64,000 bases of DNA from an uncultured Acidobacteriaceae bacterium (GTDB lineage Bacteria; Acidobacteriota; Terriglobia; Terriglobales; Acidobacteriaceae). The DNA lies in assembly GCA_964242025.1 (NCBI GenBank), contig CAXSZW010000010.1, forward strand, positions 4,721 through 68,720, given 5' to 3'. The notes below the pieces were generated by a model. The model saw nothing but the letters and a program-made list of their open reading frames with translations. It did not search any database and was not told the DNA's origin. Below, piece after piece: positions 17,997 to 28,901 of this stretch. How positions within the stretch are numbered: position 1 is the stretch's first letter; the number at the start of each line of letters is the position of its first letter. The translations under genes and the position numbers were made by a program.

Positions 17997-19073
17997 TCAC
18001 CGCATCAACTGCCCACTAAAAAACCCAGCCATCAACCCATACGTCTCTTTCGTCTCCGGCAAACTCAAATCGTTCCAGAACGTATGATCTAGCCCCTCAA
18101 ACACCACCAACCGCGCATCCACGCCCGCCCTGAGGAACGCACGATGAAGAATCGTCGTCCCGCTCAGCAGCATGTCGCGCCCGCTGGTGATAAACAAGGT
18201 CGCCGGCATCCCATGCAGGTCCGCATAGAGAGGCGACAACACCGGATCCGTCGGATTCGTCGAGCCCACATACTCCGAGTTCTTCATCCGCTCGTCCGGA
18301 ATCGCCACCTTGCTCGCCAGACCACGCAATCCGTATAAAGCCTGCGAGTCACCGGTCTGACTGAAATCCCCCATCCCGGAGAAGATCCCCAGCGCCGCCG
18401 GAAGCGGCAAACCAAGCTGCTTCAGCCGCACCGCCGTCTCCGCCGTCAAAATCGCTCCGGCTGACGTCCCATAAAGCGCAATATGCTTCGGCTTGTACGT
18501 CTTCAGAAGCTCCCGATACACCGCCACCGTATCATCCACCGCCGCCGGAAACGGGTGCTCCGGTGCCAGACGATACAGCACAGACACCACCCTCGCATGG
18601 ATCAGGTTCGCCATCGGAATGCTCTCCGTCAACGATCCGGAATCCGACGTGAAGCCGCCCCCATGCACGTTCAGCAGCACCCAATCTGGATGAACCGGCT
18701 GCACATCGAGCGGGGTCACATCCAGCACCTGCACCCCACCCATCGTCGTCGGCTCCACCTTCACCGGGTACGCCGCCAAAGACTGCTTGCCCGCACCGGC
18801 CTGCCACCTGGCCGTCGCCGCCCTGCTCTCAGCCAGGCTGCCCGGAAGGTCCTTCTCCGGATGACTCAGCCGCACCTGCGCCTCAGCGCTGATCGTCTTC
18901 GGAACCGGAACAATCCGCGTTACATGCGCCGTCCCATGCTCATCCACAAACGAAGTATTCGACTGCGGGACCGAAGGACCCGACCGCTGACATCCCGTAA
19001 GAGCCGCCGCCCCGGCAACACAAACCAGCAGCACAAACCTGCATCCAGAACACTGCAAAAGAGGCATCATCAT
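17997..19073 (-). CDS. Alpha/beta hydrolase (esterase/lipase, HSL-like), lipoprotein
   Basis: HGGGF oxyanion motif, GTSAGA nucleophile elbow and a C-terminal DH. The start is at the MMM codons (19073), followed by a lipobox-like AALTGC. Confidence 0.8.
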   Translation of the reverse strand: MMMPLLQCSGCRFVLLVCVAGAAALTGCQRSGPSVPQSNTSFVDEHGTAHVTRIVPVPKTISAEAQVRLSHPEKDLPGSLAESRAATARWQAGAGKQSLAAYPVKVEPTTMGGVQVLDVTPLDVQPVHPDWVLLNVHGGGFTSDSGSLTESIPMANLIHARVVSVLYRLAPEHPFPAAVDDTVAVYRELLKTYKPKHIALYGTSAGAILTAETAVRLKQLGLPLPAALGIFSGMGDFSQTGDSQALYGLRGLASKVAIPDERMKNSEYVGSTNPTDPVLSPLYADLHGMPATLFITSGRDMLLSGTTILHRAFLRAGVDARLVVFEGLDHTFWNDLSLPETKETYGLMAGFFSGQLMR

Positions 19074-19149
19074 CGTGTCCGGACCATACCAGCATCCATG
19101 CACACCACGCACTAGACCAAAGTCGGAGTCCCCATCGAAGTCTGCCTGT

Positions 19150-20052
19150 TCAGCCCTGAGCCCCCGCCTCCCGTCGCCGCCGAAACTCCGCCGGCGTAGG
19201 AATCGGCTCCATCCCCCGCCCCGCAAACAGGTCCTCAAACAACCCCTTCATCTCCCCCAGGATCAACCCGTTCGTCGCCAGCACCTCGCGCGAATCCAGC
19301 GTGAACTTCCCGCCGTCGAAGTGCGTCACCGTGCCCCCCGCCTCCTCGATCAACAAGTATCCCGCACTCGTGTCCCACGGGTTAAGCTTGAACTCCCAGT
19401 ACCCATCCATGCGCCCGCACGCCACATACGCCATGTCGATCGCCGCACTTCCAGCCCGTCTCACCCCATGCGACCGCAGCGTCATCTCCTGGTAAAAGTG
19501 CACGTTCGGATTCTCGTGCCGCTTCTGGGATGGAAACCCCGTCGCCGTCAGCGATTCCTGCAGCGTCCGCGTCTTCGACACATGAATCCGCCGCCCATTC
19601 AGCCACGCACCCTTCCCCCGCTCCGCCTGAAACAACTCATCCCGCAGCGGATCGTAGATCACCCCTGCGGTCATCTCGCCGTCCTCACCCGCTGCCAGCC
19701 CCGCAGCCCTCCGCTCCAGCCCCAGCACCACGCAGAACACCGGAAATCCATGTGCAAAGTTCGTCGTCCCATCCAGCGGGTCGACATACCACCGGAACTC
19801 CCGCTCCAGCCCCTCGCGCGTCCCCTCCTCGCCGTAGATCCCGTGCTCCGGAAACGCCTCCGTCAGCCGCGCCTTGATCAGCGCCTCGCTCGCCCGGTCC
19901 GCCTCCGTCACCAGGTCCACGTCGCCCTTGTACTCCATCGCGACGCCCTTCTCATAAAACCCGCGCAGCAACTCCCCCGCCTCGCGCGCAATCCCCGCCG
20001 CCACATCGGCATACACAAACTCGCTCATCCCGTGCCTCTCCATTTCGTTCAC
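19150..20052 (-). CDS. Inositol monophosphatase family protein (SuhB-like)
   Basis: GEEG, WYVDPLDGTTNFAHG and WDTSAG are IMPase motifs. Confidence 0.85.
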   Translation of the reverse strand: MNEMERHGMSEFVYADVAAGIAREAGELLRGFYEKGVAMEYKGDVDLVTEADRASEALIKARLTEAFPEHGIYGEEGTREGLEREFRWYVDPLDGTTNFAHGFPVFCVVLGLERRAAGLAAGEDGEMTAGVIYDPLRDELFQAERGKGAWLNGRRIHVSKTRTLQESLTATGFPSQKRHENPNVHFYQEMTLRSHGVRRAGSAAIDMAYVACGRMDGYWEFKLNPWDTSAGYLLIEEAGGTVTHFDGGKFTLDSREVLATNGLILGEMKGLFEDLFAGRGMEPIPTPAEFRRRREAGAQG

Positions 20053-20152
20053 CCCCAGGGTAACTTTCAGACGGTTACAAAAGTAGATACAAGCCTAAAG
20101 TCTCTGTTTTGAATATTTTGCACACAAACACCGCGGGGTGGGGTACCCCTGA

Positions 20153-21136
20153 CTACCTCCCAGCATAGTACCCCGTCCTGTACCGAAGCCCCGTCTTCCC
20201 AGCCTTTCCCGCATCCGTCAGCGTCACTTTGATCGCCCGGTACCCATCGCTTCGGTTCTTCACCGTCCGTTCCGGCGCATAGTAACCCAGCACATATTGC
20301 GTCCGCAGATCGTCCGAAACCTTCATAAATGCCGGACCCAGCTCCTTCGGGTCCTCAATGTAGTAGTACTTCCCGCCCGTATCGTTCGCCATCTGGATCA
20401 GCGCATGCTCCCCGCCCGTATTCCGTCCCGCATCGCTCGCAATCGGCACCACGATCAGCGCATAGATCATCACCCCCGCCTTCTGCGCCGCCGCCACCGC
20501 CTCGTCGTACTTCACGCCCTTCACGGTATTGTCCCCGTCCGTGATCAGGACCAGCACCCGCCGCCGCCCCGCATCCTGCTTCGTCTCCCCCAGCCGCTGA
20601 CTCGCCAGATACACCGCGTCATAGACGGCAGTGGCATCCCCCCGCCCCAGCTCCCCGAGCGCCTGTTCAATCCGCCTCTTATCGTTCGTAAACGACACCA
20701 CCTCCCGCACCGTATCGTCGAACTCCATCAAATCGAACTCATCCTGGCTTCGCAGCAGCGTCTCAACAAACTTCTTCCCCGCACTCTTCTCCAGCCGCTC
20801 ATTTGTCAGCACGCTCTCGCTGCCGTCCACCGCCAGCACAATCGAAAGCGGCGTCGCCGAATCCTTCTCAAAGAACACGATCTTCTGCGCCTTCCCATCC
20901 TCCGCCAGCGCAAAGTCCTCCTTCCCCAACCCGCCGACAGGCGACCCATGCTCATCCACCGCATTCACCGCAATATTGACCAGCCGAGCCTCTGCCTTTA
21001 ACGTCGTAATCTGCCCCTCGCCCGGAGCCCGCCGCTCCACCGGAGCCTGCGCCGACGCGCACACCCCCGCCCCAACCGCCATCCCCATCACCATCGCACT
21101 CAGCCACCCAAGCCGCACCAACACTCCAAACGTCAC
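20153..21136 (-). CDS. VWA domain protein (VWFA-related domain common in Acidobacteriota)
   Basis: MIDAS-like LSIVLAVDGSESV and VLVLITDGDNT, with C-terminal YRTGYYA. The GTG at 21136 gives the signal peptide (M)TFGVLVRLGWLSAMVMGMAVGAGVCASAQA. The start is uncertain. Confidence 0.75.
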   Translation of the reverse strand: MTFGVLVRLGWLSAMVMGMAVGAGVCASAQAPVERRAPGEGQITTLKAEARLVNIAVNAVDEHGSPVGGLGKEDFALAEDGKAQKIVFFEKDSATPLSIVLAVDGSESVLTNERLEKSAGKKFVETLLRSQDEFDLMEFDDTVREVVSFTNDKRRIEQALGELGRGDATAVYDAVYLASQRLGETKQDAGRRRVLVLITDGDNTVKGVKYDEAVAAAQKAGVMIYALIVVPIASDAGRNTGGEHALIQMANDTGGKYYYIEDPKELGPAFMKVSDDLRTQYVLGYYAPERTVKNRSDGYRAIKVTLTDAGKAGKTGLRYRTGYYAGR

Positions 21137-21433
21137 AAGTCTCCCATGACCCGCACGGCTTCCGCCGCACAGTAACCCTTCTCTCCATAAGACGTCACTT
21201 GGAGCTGCAAAGGTACATCCCGGAGACACCGGCATCCCTGTGCATAAGAAAGAGAACACCCTTCCCTGCTCTGTGCAGCCGATCATCTCCCACGACCGGC
21301 TCAGGGCCAAAGCCAAGGCGCAGGTCACTCTCAGAAGAACGACCAATGCTTCCCACGCGTGCCTCGACCGGCGTCCGTAGCGCAGCAGCCCCGCAACTGG
21401 TACGCCGCCGCTCAGGACAAAAACGAAACGTCC

Positions 21434-22309
21434 TCAGTCAAACTTCCGCAGCCAGATATCCCGCACTGAAATCTTGCACGGCTGACTCTCAATCTCGAAT
21501 CCGATCAGGCCCGGCTGGTTATTCGCCGAATCTTTGTTGTCATCCACAAACACGGCCATCAACTGTCCGTTCATAATGTGCATCATCACCCCGCCCCGCG
21601 CGATGATCTCGTAGTCGTTCCATTCATTTACCTTCACATAGCCGCCCAAAGCCTGCCGTTCACCAATCCTCGCGACAAGCCGGTTCTTCTGCCCCGGCAG
21701 CGCCTGCGTCACCTGCCCGCGATACGCCAGAATCCCCTGCATCGTGTTCTCGCTGTACCACTGCCCCGTGTACTCCGCCGTGGATGCCCGCACCGGAAAC
21801 CAGAAGTCCGCCTGCGGCCCCGTCATCATGAACCGCAGGTCATACGGCGGCAACCCCGTCGGCTGCGCCCTCGTCCACGGCACCCCTGTCTGGCTCCTGT
21901 ACTGAATCCCGCCCCCGCCGCCCTTTTCAATCTTCATCTGCAGCTTCAGGTCGAAATCCCGCGTCTTCGCCCCGCGATACACAATGTAGTTGTTCCCGCG
22001 CGGCTTACCCTCGAACGTCTCGCCCACCATCAGCCCATCCTGCACACGCCAGATGCTTGTATCCGCATCCCATCCCGCCAGGCTCTTGCCATCGAAGATC
22101 GCTGCATACCCCGTATGCTCGTCAATGTCATACGGTTCCGGATCGTGGAACTTCGGCATTCCCACCAGCTTCTCGCCGTTCGTTCCCACCTTCGGCGGAG
22201 CGGTCGCAGGCGCCTCAAGCGCCGGAGGCACCATCTGCGCGCTCACCCGCAGCACTACCAGCATTGCCAGACTCATTCCCCGCCACGCACAAGAAGACAC
22301 ACGAGCCAT
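21434..22309 (-). CDS. DUF1080 (3-keto-disaccharide hydrolase-like) secreted protein
   Basis: Signal peptide is present. Motifs WRVQDGLMVGE, FDLKLQMKI..GGGGGIQYRS, GLIGFE and VRDIWLRK fit the family. The assignment is from memory. Confidence 0.7.
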   Translation of the reverse strand: MARVSSCAWRGMSLAMLVVLRVSAQMVPPALEAPATAPPKVGTNGEKLVGMPKFHDPEPYDIDEHTGYAAIFDGKSLAGWDADTSIWRVQDGLMVGETFEGKPRGNNYIVYRGAKTRDFDLKLQMKIEKGGGGGIQYRSQTGVPWTRAQPTGLPPYDLRFMMTGPQADFWFPVRASTAEYTGQWYSENTMQGILAYRGQVTQALPGQKNRLVARIGERQALGGYVKVNEWNDYEIIARGGVMMHIMNGQLMAVFVDDNKDSANNQPGLIGFEIESQPCKISVRDIWLRKFD

Positions 22310-22422
22310 ATCAGACCTCCAGATCGAACCTCCAGAAGTCTAGCGGCATCTCCCACTCCGCGATACCTCGATAGCCACACGCGGCGCGGAACGCTCTACC
22401 GCCTACCCTCGTGAGAGTTCCC

Positions 22423-22881
22423 TTAGCTCTTACCGAAGGAAGCAACATCCGCCGGGAAAGGCTCCCCATCCACCCACTCCGCCCCATCCACGAACGTCTC
22501 TTTCTTCCAGATCGGTACCGTCTTCTTCAGCGTATCGATCACCCATCGGCAAGCCTCAAACGCCGCCCCCCGGTGCGCGCTCGCCACAACAATCAGCACA
22601 CTGGTCTCCCCCACCTGCAACCGGCCCAGCCGATGCAGCACCGCCACCTCCCGTACCCCAAACTTCGCCGCAGCCTCGTCCGCCAGCGCACGCATCTGGT
22701 TCAACGCCATGGGCATCTTCGCCTCATAGTCCAGGTAGAGCGTCTGCCGCCCGCGCGTGTTATTCCGCACAATGCCGTCAAACACACACACCGCACCGTC
22801 CGCACCGGCCTTGATCTCGTCCATCACCTCCGCCGTCGGAAGTACTCCGTCCAGAATCTCGATCCGCACCCTATCCCCCAC
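22423..22881 (-). CDS. moaE: Molybdopterin synthase catalytic subunit MoaE
   Basis: GAVCVFDGIVRN, VGETSVLIVVASAHRGAAFEACRWVIDTLKKTVPIWKKE. Confidence 0.85.
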   Translation of the reverse strand: MGDRVRIEILDGVLPTAEVMDEIKAGADGAVCVFDGIVRNNTRGRQTLYLDYEAKMPMALNQMRALADEAAAKFGVREVAVLHRLGRLQVGETSVLIVVASAHRGAAFEACRWVIDTLKKTVPIWKKETFVDGAEWVDGEPFPADVASFGKS

Positions 22882-23116
22882 TTACGGGCGGCAGCAGCGC
22901 CACCTCGTCCCCATCCTTCAGCCTCGTTCGCAAGCCGGCGTATTCATCATTCACCGCCACCGCCAACGATCCCCAGACCTTCGTCTCCGTCGTAAAGTAA
23001 TCCTTCAGAATCGTCAGCAGCGTTCCTACGGTATCGCCCTCGGCCAGAAAGACCTCCTGCCCATGAGCACGAAACAGCTCCTTCAGCACTCCGCAATAGA
23101 TCACATCGACTTTCAC
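22871..23116 (-). CDS. moaD: Molybdopterin synthase sulfur-carrier subunit MoaD
   Basis: 81 aa and ends in GG (LLPPVSGG). It overlaps moaE by 11 nt. Confidence 0.8.
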   Translation of the reverse strand: MKVDVIYCGVLKELFRAHGQEVFLAEGDTVGTLLTILKDYFTTETKVWGSLAVAVNDEYAGLRTRLKDGDEVALLPPVSGG

Positions 23117-23137
23117 TCCCTCAGCATACCAAGCCGC

Positions 23138-23563
23138 TCACTCTTCCTTCGCCTCCTCGAGCAGCTTCCTTCCTTTCGCCGCCAGCTTCTTTTCCTCTGC
23201 CACCGTCTTCGGCACCGGCTCACCCCATGCCGCAGCCTGCAGCGCCTGCCGGGTCGGCTTGCCATCCTTCACCACTGGCCCTGGAGGAGTTGTAAAGTGC
23301 CGCGTCAGAAACGATCCCTTCCGCCGCTTCTTCTCCGGAGTGTCCGCCACCCCCTTCACCCCCGGTTTCAGATTCCCGCCCGTGGCGTCGTTATACGTCT
23401 TCCGCCCGGCAGCCGTCAGACCACCCTTCGGATCCTTTCCTTCCTTCGTCAGGCTCACACTTTTACCACCCGCCGCCCGCTTGCTCGCGACCTTGCCAGC
23501 CGCCTTCTTCACCGGTGTCTTCTTCGCTACAGCCTTCTTCCCAGCCGCCTTCTTCGTCGCCAT
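23138..23563 (-). CDS. Basic Lys/Ala-rich protein with a histone H1-like N-terminal tail, function unknown
   Basis: MATKKAAGKKAVAKKTPVKKAAGKVASKRAAGGK..., then a conserved-looking core (GGLTAAGRKTYNDATGGNLKPGV...RRKGSFLTRH). Codon bias is consistent with the strand. Confidence 0.6.
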   Translation of the reverse strand: MATKKAAGKKAVAKKTPVKKAAGKVASKRAAGGKSVSLTKEGKDPKGGLTAAGRKTYNDATGGNLKPGVKGVADTPEKKRRKGSFLTRHFTTPPGPVVKDGKPTRQALQAAAWGEPVPKTVAEEKKLAAKGRKLLEEAKEE

Positions 23564-23689
23564 GGCAGATGCCCTCTCACGCCGTAAGAGTGCTCTCCCT
23601 CCGCGTCCGTTGTTCCGCCCTTGAACAAAAAGGGCAGCAGAGTCATTCTCCGCTGCCCTCCTTCCATCCCGATGCCGAACAGTCCCCGC

Positions 23690-26140
23690 TTATACCGCGG
23701 CAGCCTGCAGCACCTCTTCCCGTACTTCCTCGTCCTGCTCCAGTTCTACGGCATCCTTCGGCAGCGCGACAGCCAGCACATCCTCAATTCGTCGAGCATA
23801 GTGGATCGTGATCCCCTCCGTCTGATCCGGCGTCAGGTCTTCATCCACCTGCTGCTTGCAGTCAACCGGCAGGATCACATCCCTTACGCCCGCACGCTTC
23901 GCCGCCAGGAACTTCTCCTTGATGCCCCCGACCGGCAGTACATCGCCGCTCAGCGTAATCTCGCCCGTCATCGCCAGCAGCGGACGTACCGGCTTGTCCG
24001 TCAGCAGACTCACCAGCGCCGTAGCCATCGTCACGCCCGCGCTCGGACCGTCCTTCGGGATCGCACCCGCCGGCACATGGATATGCAGATCCAGGTCCTT
24101 GGTAAAGTCCTCATCGAGCCCCAGCGTCAAGGCATTGGACCTGACCCACGTCAGCGCAGCCTGCATGGACTCCTTCATCACATCGCCAATCTGCCCGGTG
24201 ATGTTGAAGCCGCCCTTGCCCTTCATCTTGTTCGCCTCAATGAACAGGATGTCGCCGCCTGCCGGAGTCCAGGCCAGGCCGACCACAACGCCGGCCCGCT
24301 TCGTCCGCTCTGCGATCTCCGTGTCCACGCGGACCTTGATGCCACCAAGGAACTCGTGGATGATCTCCTCCGTGATGACCAGCTTCTCCGTCCGCCCCTC
24401 GGCGATCTTCCGCGCCAGCTTCCGGCACACCGTGCCAATCTGCTGTTCGAGCTTTCGCACCCCGGCCTCGCGCGTGTAATGCCGAGCCACCAGGGCCACA
24501 GACTCCCGCGGAAACTCAATCATCTCCGCCTCCAGCCCGTTCTCCTTGATCTGCCGCGGGATCAGGTACGTCTGCGCAATCGCAACCTTCTCCTCCTCCG
24601 TATAGCCCGTCAGCTCGATGATCTCCATACGATCAAGCAACGGCCCCGGAATCGTGTCGAGCTGGTTCGCCGTGCAGATGAACAGCACCTTGCTCAGGTC
24701 AAACGGCTGATCCAGGTAGTTGTCCCGGAACGTCGAGTTCTGCTCCGGATCAAGCGTCTCCAAAAGCGCGCTCGCAGGATCGCCCCGGAAGTCACGCCCC
24801 AACTTGTCGATCTCATCCAGCATGAACACCGGGTCCTTCACCTCGACCCGCTTCAGGTGCTGGATAATCTGCCCCGGCAGCGCGCCAATGTACGTCCGCC
24901 GATGCCCCCGAATCTCCGCCTCATCATGCATGCCGCCCAGCGAAATCCGGCTGAACTTCCGGTCCAGCGCCCGCGCAATACTCCGCCCAAGCGAGGTCTT
25001 ACCCACACCTGGAGGCCCCACAAAGCAAAGAATCGGCCCCTTCATGTCCGGCTTTAACCGCCGCACGGAAAGGTAGTCCAGAATGCGATCCTTCACCTTC
25101 TTCAACCCATAGTGATCCTCGTCGAGGAACTTCTGCGCCTTCAGAATGTCCACCTCGCCGGAGCTCGTCTTGGCCCACGGCAGCACCGCCAGCCACTCCA
25201 CATAGTTCCGCGTCAGGCTATAGTCCGCCGCCGCCGGATTCATCCGGCTCAGCCGCCCCAGCTCCTTCAGCGCGTCCTTTTGGACCTCCTCCGGCATCCC
25301 CGCAGTCTCAATCTTCTCCTTCAACTCCGCAATATCCTTCTGCGTGTCGTCCAAGTCACCCAGTTCCTTCTGGATAGCCTTCAGTTGCTCCCGCAGGTAG
25401 TAATCCCGCTGCGACTGCTGCACGGAGTCCTGCACCTCACTCTGGATCTTGTTCCGGAGCTGCTGCACCTCCAGCTCCTTCGCCAGGTGCTTGTTCACCC
25501 GCTCCAGCCGCACCGCGATATCCGGCGTCTCCAGCAGTTCCTGCTTATCGTTCGTTGTCAGAAATGGCAGGCTGGACGCGATGAAATCCGCCAGCCGCCC
25601 CGGCTCGTCGATATTGATCGCAATCGTCTGCAGGTCATCACTCAGCGTCGGAGAACTCGTCACAATCGTTTGAAATTGGCTCACCACATTCCGCTGCAAA
25701 GCCTCAAGTTCCGGCGTCTTCGTCGGCTCCTCTTCCTCAATGACCGAGTACTCCGCCGTCATGAACGGCTGAATCTGCGCGAAATCCCCCAAGCGAACCC
25801 GCTCGTTCCCCTCGGTAAAGACAAAGAGGCTCTGGTTCGGCATCTTGACGACCTTATGCACCGTCGCCCGCGTCCCCACACTGTGCAGATCGCCGCCCTC
25901 CGGCGTGTCCAGCCGCGCGTCCCGCTGTGCCACCACCAAGATGGTCTTCTCTTCACCCAGACTCTGGATCAGGTTGATCGAGCTCTCCCGCCCAACCGTC
26001 AGCGGCAGTACCGCGTGCGGAAACAGAACCGTATCCCGCACCGGCAGCACCGGCACCGCTCCACCCTTCGCTTCGATCATTCCAACCGGCTCGCCGCCGC
26101 GTCCACTCGGCTTGATCACGCTTACAAAATCATTCGACAT
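23690..26140 (-). CDS. lon: ATP-dependent Lon protease (endopeptidase La)
   Basis: N-terminal LON domain, Walker [17 protein letters not shown], and the proteolytic motif [15 protein letters not shown]. Confidence 0.95.
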   Translation of the reverse strand: MSNDFVSVIKPSGRGGEPVGMIEAKGGAVPVLPVRDTVLFPHAVLPLTVGRESSINLIQSLGEEKTILVVAQRDARLDTPEGGDLHSVGTRATVHKVVKMPNQSLFVFTEGNERVRLGDFAQIQPFMTAEYSVIEEEEPTKTPELEALQRNVVSQFQTIVTSSPTLSDDLQTIAINIDEPGRLADFIASSLPFLTTNDKQELLETPDIAVRLERVNKHLAKELEVQQLRNKIQSEVQDSVQQSQRDYYLREQLKAIQKELGDLDDTQKDIAELKEKIETAGMPEEVQKDALKELGRLSRMNPAAADYSLTRNYVEWLAVLPWAKTSSGEVDILKAQKFLDEDHYGLKKVKDRILDYLSVRRLKPDMKGPILCFVGPPGVGKTSLGRSIARALDRKFSRISLGGMHDEAEIRGHRRTYIGALPGQIIQHLKRVEVKDPVFMLDEIDKLGRDFRGDPASALLETLDPEQNSTFRDNYLDQPFDLSKVLFICTANQLDTIPGPLLDRMEIIELTGYTEEEKVAIAQTYLIPRQIKENGLEAEMIEFPRESVALVARHYTREAGVRKLEQQIGTVCRKLARKIAEGRTEKLVITEEIIHEFLGGIKVRVDTEIAERTKRAGVVVGLAWTPAGGDILFIEANKMKGKGGFNITGQIGDVMKESMQAALTWVRSNALTLGLDEDFTKDLDLHIHVPAGAIPKDGPSAGVTMATALVSLLTDKPVRPLLAMTGEITLSGDVLPVGGIKEKFLAAKRAGVRDVILPVDCKQQVDEDLTPDQTEGITIHYARRIEDVLAVALPKDAVELEQDEEVREEVLQAAAV

Positions 26141-26316
26141 AGTCGCTCTTCCTCTTCCTGCTCTTCGCAGCCTACACCCTTGAGTGTCCGGCTATCAACT
26201 TATCAGCTATCTGATGCATCAACCCTGAAAAGGTCGCAGCCCGGTAACGTGACCCTGAAATCCCCTTATCGGCCCTATCCCTCGCGTCCCTAGTCCCAGC
26301 CCCTAATCCTTGCTCC

Positions 26317-27174
26317 CTAAGATGCCGCCCCATACCGCCCAAGCTCCTTCACCATCTCGCAATGTTTTCCCAGTTCGCCCAAAACCGCATCCGCCTCACT
26401 CACCCCGACAAACCGCACATCCACATAGAACACATACTCCCAGGGCCGCCCCGGGACCGGCCTGCTCTCAATCCGCGTCAAGTTCATTCCCGCCTGACGA
26501 AACTCCTCCAACGCCTGAATCAGCGTTCCCGGCTCGTGCGCAACGCTGAACGCCACACTCATCTTGTCCGCGTCCGCGACCACCCCAGCTCCCGCCTCCC
26601 GCTCCAACCGGTAGAACCTCGTGTAGTTCTCCGCGTGGTCCTCCACCCCTCGCTCCAGAACCTCCGCACCATACTCCTCCGCCGCCAGTTCCGGCGCGAT
26701 CCCCGCCGCGTCCCTCCACCCCTTCTCCATCAACTCCTTCACACTTCCCGCCGTGTCATAGAACGAGACCACCTCAATCTCCGGATGCGCCCGCAGCCAT
26801 CGCCTGCACTGGCTTAACGCCACCGGATGCGACATCACCCGCCGCACCTCCGCAAGCTTCACCCCAGGAGCCGCAATCACGTTGTGCCGGATCCTCAGCA
26901 GACTCTCCCCAGTGATCCGAACCGCATGTTCCAGCAGCAGGTCGTAGTGTTCGGCCACGGACCCATGCAGGCTGTTTTCAATGGGCAGTACCGCCACGTC
27001 CACCTCACCCCCAGCCAGACGCTCGATCACCTCAGCCGAAAGCCCACACGGGACGACTGTCATCGCCCCGCCGAGCATCGCACGCGCTGCCATGTGGCTG
27101 TTCGATCCCATTGCCCCCTGGATCGCCACGCGCAACTCCGCGGTACGGATCACCTCGTCTTTCGGATTTCCCAT
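26317..27174 (-). CDS. pheA: Prephenate dehydratase
   Basis: VAIQGAMGSNSHMAA, the TRF motif (ENYTRFY) and the ESRP motif (NLTRIESRP) of the ACT domain. The start at 27174 (MGNPKDEV) is uncertain; the ORF extends to 27303. Confidence 0.8.
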   Translation of the reverse strand: MGNPKDEVIRTAELRVAIQGAMGSNSHMAARAMLGGAMTVVPCGLSAEVIERLAGGEVDVAVLPIENSLHGSVAEHYDLLLEHAVRITGESLLRIRHNVIAAPGVKLAEVRRVMSHPVALSQCRRWLRAHPEIEVVSFYDTAGSVKELMEKGWRDAAGIAPELAAEEYGAEVLERGVEDHAENYTRFYRLEREAGAGVVADADKMSVAFSVAHEPGTLIQALEEFRQAGMNLTRIESRPVPGRPWEYVFYVDVRFVGVSEADAVLGELGKHCEMVKELGRYGAAS

Positions 27175-27332
27175 TCCCGCACTGTCTTCCGATCTCACCA
27201 ACAAACCTCCCATTTTCGCTTGACAAGACAACCCAGCCTTGCAGCAAAGCACCTTACCACATGGCAGCCCCGCGGCAGCCAATAAGCTCATGGCCGAACC
27301 CAATGGCCGGGCGATTCAGGAGACTCACCCAC

Positions 27333-27482
27333 ATGCTCTGGACTATCACAGTAATCCTTTTCCTCCTCTGGCTGGTTGGCCTGGTCAGCGGCTACACCCT
27401 CTCCGGCTGGATTCACATCCTCATCGTCCTCGCCATCATCTCTCTCATCTTCAACCTTCTCTCTGGCCGCCGCGCGCTCTGA
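27333..27482 (+). CDS. Small membrane protein (Lmo0937-like, about 49 aa)
   Basis: MLWTITVILFLLWLVGLVSGYTLSGWIHILIVLAIISLIFNLLSGRRAL has two transmembrane segments and a typical family pattern. The assignment is from memory. Confidence 0.55.
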   Translation: MLWTITVILFLLWLVGLVSGYTLSGWIHILIVLAIISLIFNLLSGRRAL

Positions 27483-27488
27483 CCCTCC

Positions 27489-27520
27489 GCGCGGCGTATT
27501 CCCGAGTGGAATCGCCGCGC
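27489..27520 (+). terminator. Hairpin after the small membrane protein gene
   Basis: GCGCGGCG...CGCCGCGC forms an outer stem with an inner ATTCC/GGAAT pairing. Confidence 0.4.
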
Positions 27521-27594
27521 GCGTAATCTTCACTCCGGACACCTCCTCCCTGTGCGCCCGCATCAGAATGAATGGGTAGTTAAGGAGTTTCATC

Positions 27595-27912
27595 ATGAAT
27601 GAATCCAACGCATCGGGCGTCTTCGACCAGGCAAAAGGCAAACTGAAGCAAGCCTTCGGTGAAGCCACCAATGATCAGTCGCTCGCCAACGAAGGCGCAG
27701 CAGATCAGGTCAAAGGCCACGCCAAGGAGGCCTGGGGCAATGTCAAGGACACCGCCTCAGACCTTAAGCACAGCCACGAAGCCGAAGACACCAAGCTCCA
27801 TTCTGAAGAGCATAGCCGCAACCTCCGCGACAGCATCACCAACGCCGCCGAGCACACCAAGGACAGCATCAACCGCGGCCTGGATCACCTCACTCACAAA
27901 GCCAACGAATAG
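27595..27912 (+). CDS. CsbD-family general stress protein
   Basis: GKLKQAFGEATNDQSLANEGAADQVKGHAKEAWGNVKD is a CsbD repeat. AAGGAG Shine-Dalgarno. Confidence 0.8.
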   Translation: MNESNASGVFDQAKGKLKQAFGEATNDQSLANEGAADQVKGHAKEAWGNVKDTASDLKHSHEAEDTKLHSEEHSRNLRDSITNAAEHTKDSINRGLDHLTHKANE

Positions 27913-27935
27913 TCGGTAAGCACTGAATAAGTCAC

Positions 27936-27962
27936 AAAGCCCGCTCTCATCGAGCGGGCTTT
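27936..27962. terminator. Rho-independent terminator shared by convergent genes
   Basis: AAAGCCCGCTC-TCATC-GAGCGGGCTTT forms an 11-bp stem, followed by GTGTTT. Confidence 0.7.
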
Positions 27963-27986
27963 GTGTTTCCTGGCATCCTGCACTCA

Positions 27987-28859
27987 CTACCCCTTCGCTC
28001 GAACCATCACCGCCCCACCCACAAACAAAAAGAACACCACCGAAATCACCCCATTCAGCAAAAAGAAAGCCGCATTCATCCGCCTCAAGTCTTTCGGCGA
28101 AATAATCGCGTGCTCATACATCAGCAGCCCCGCCACCACCACCGTCCCGCAATACCCCACCACCCCCAGCCCAAACAGCCAGTCGAGCCAGATCGCCAAG
28201 CCCACGACTGCCACATGCATCCCCCGGGCGATCCAGAACGCCCCCTCCAGCCCAAACGCCGCCGGCACACTATTCAGTCCCACCGCCCGGTCATGTTCAA
28301 AATCCTGGCACGCATACAGCACGTCGAACCCGCCCACCCAAAGCATCACCAGCACCGTCAGCACCACAATCCGGGCGTCAAGCGAGCCCCGCACCGCGAT
28401 CCATGCCGCGCTCGGAGCAATTCCCAGCGCCAGTCCCAGCACCAGGTGCGACCACCGCGTCACCCGCTTCATATAGCTATAGGCAAGCACCACCGACAGC
28501 GCCACCGGAGCGAGTTCTAACGTCAGCCGGTTCAGCATCGCAGCCGCAAACAGGAACACCGCCGCACTCACCACGACGAAGCCCGTCACAAATGCCATCG
28601 AAAGCTGTCCCGCTGGAATCGCCCGCATCTTCGTCCGCGGATTCGCAGCATCCAATCCCGCGTCCACCAGCCGATTGAACGCCATGGCCGCTGACCGAGC
28701 CGACACCATACACACCACGATCCATCCCAGCTTTACCACCGGCGGCCATCCATTCGCCGCCAGCACTGCTCCTGTCAGTGCAAACGGCAGCGCGAACACG
28801 CTATGCTCCCACTTGATCATCTCCAGCGTCGCCGCTGTACTCTTCACCAAAGAACTCAT
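27987..28859 (-). CDS. UbiA-family aromatic prenyltransferase (4-hydroxybenzoate polyprenyltransferase / MqnP-like)
   Basis: About 8-9 transmembrane segments. Contains NRLVDAGLDAANPRT and YACQDFEHD Asp-rich motifs. Confidence 0.8.
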   Translation of the reverse strand: MSSLVKSTAATLEMIKWEHSVFALPFALTGAVLAANGWPPVVKLGWIVVCMVSARSAAMAFNRLVDAGLDAANPRTKMRAIPAGQLSMAFVTGFVVVSAAVFLFAAAMLNRLTLELAPVALSVVLAYSYMKRVTRWSHLVLGLALGIAPSAAWIAVRGSLDARIVVLTVLVMLWVGGFDVLYACQDFEHDRAVGLNSVPAAFGLEGAFWIARGMHVAVVGLAIWLDWLFGLGVVGYCGTVVVAGLLMYEHAIISPKDLRRMNAAFFLLNGVISVVFFLFVGGAVMVRAKG

Positions 28860-28901
28860 AACGTCTATCCTAGCCTCGCCACCCCGAGGCTGCAGAGCCC
28901 C

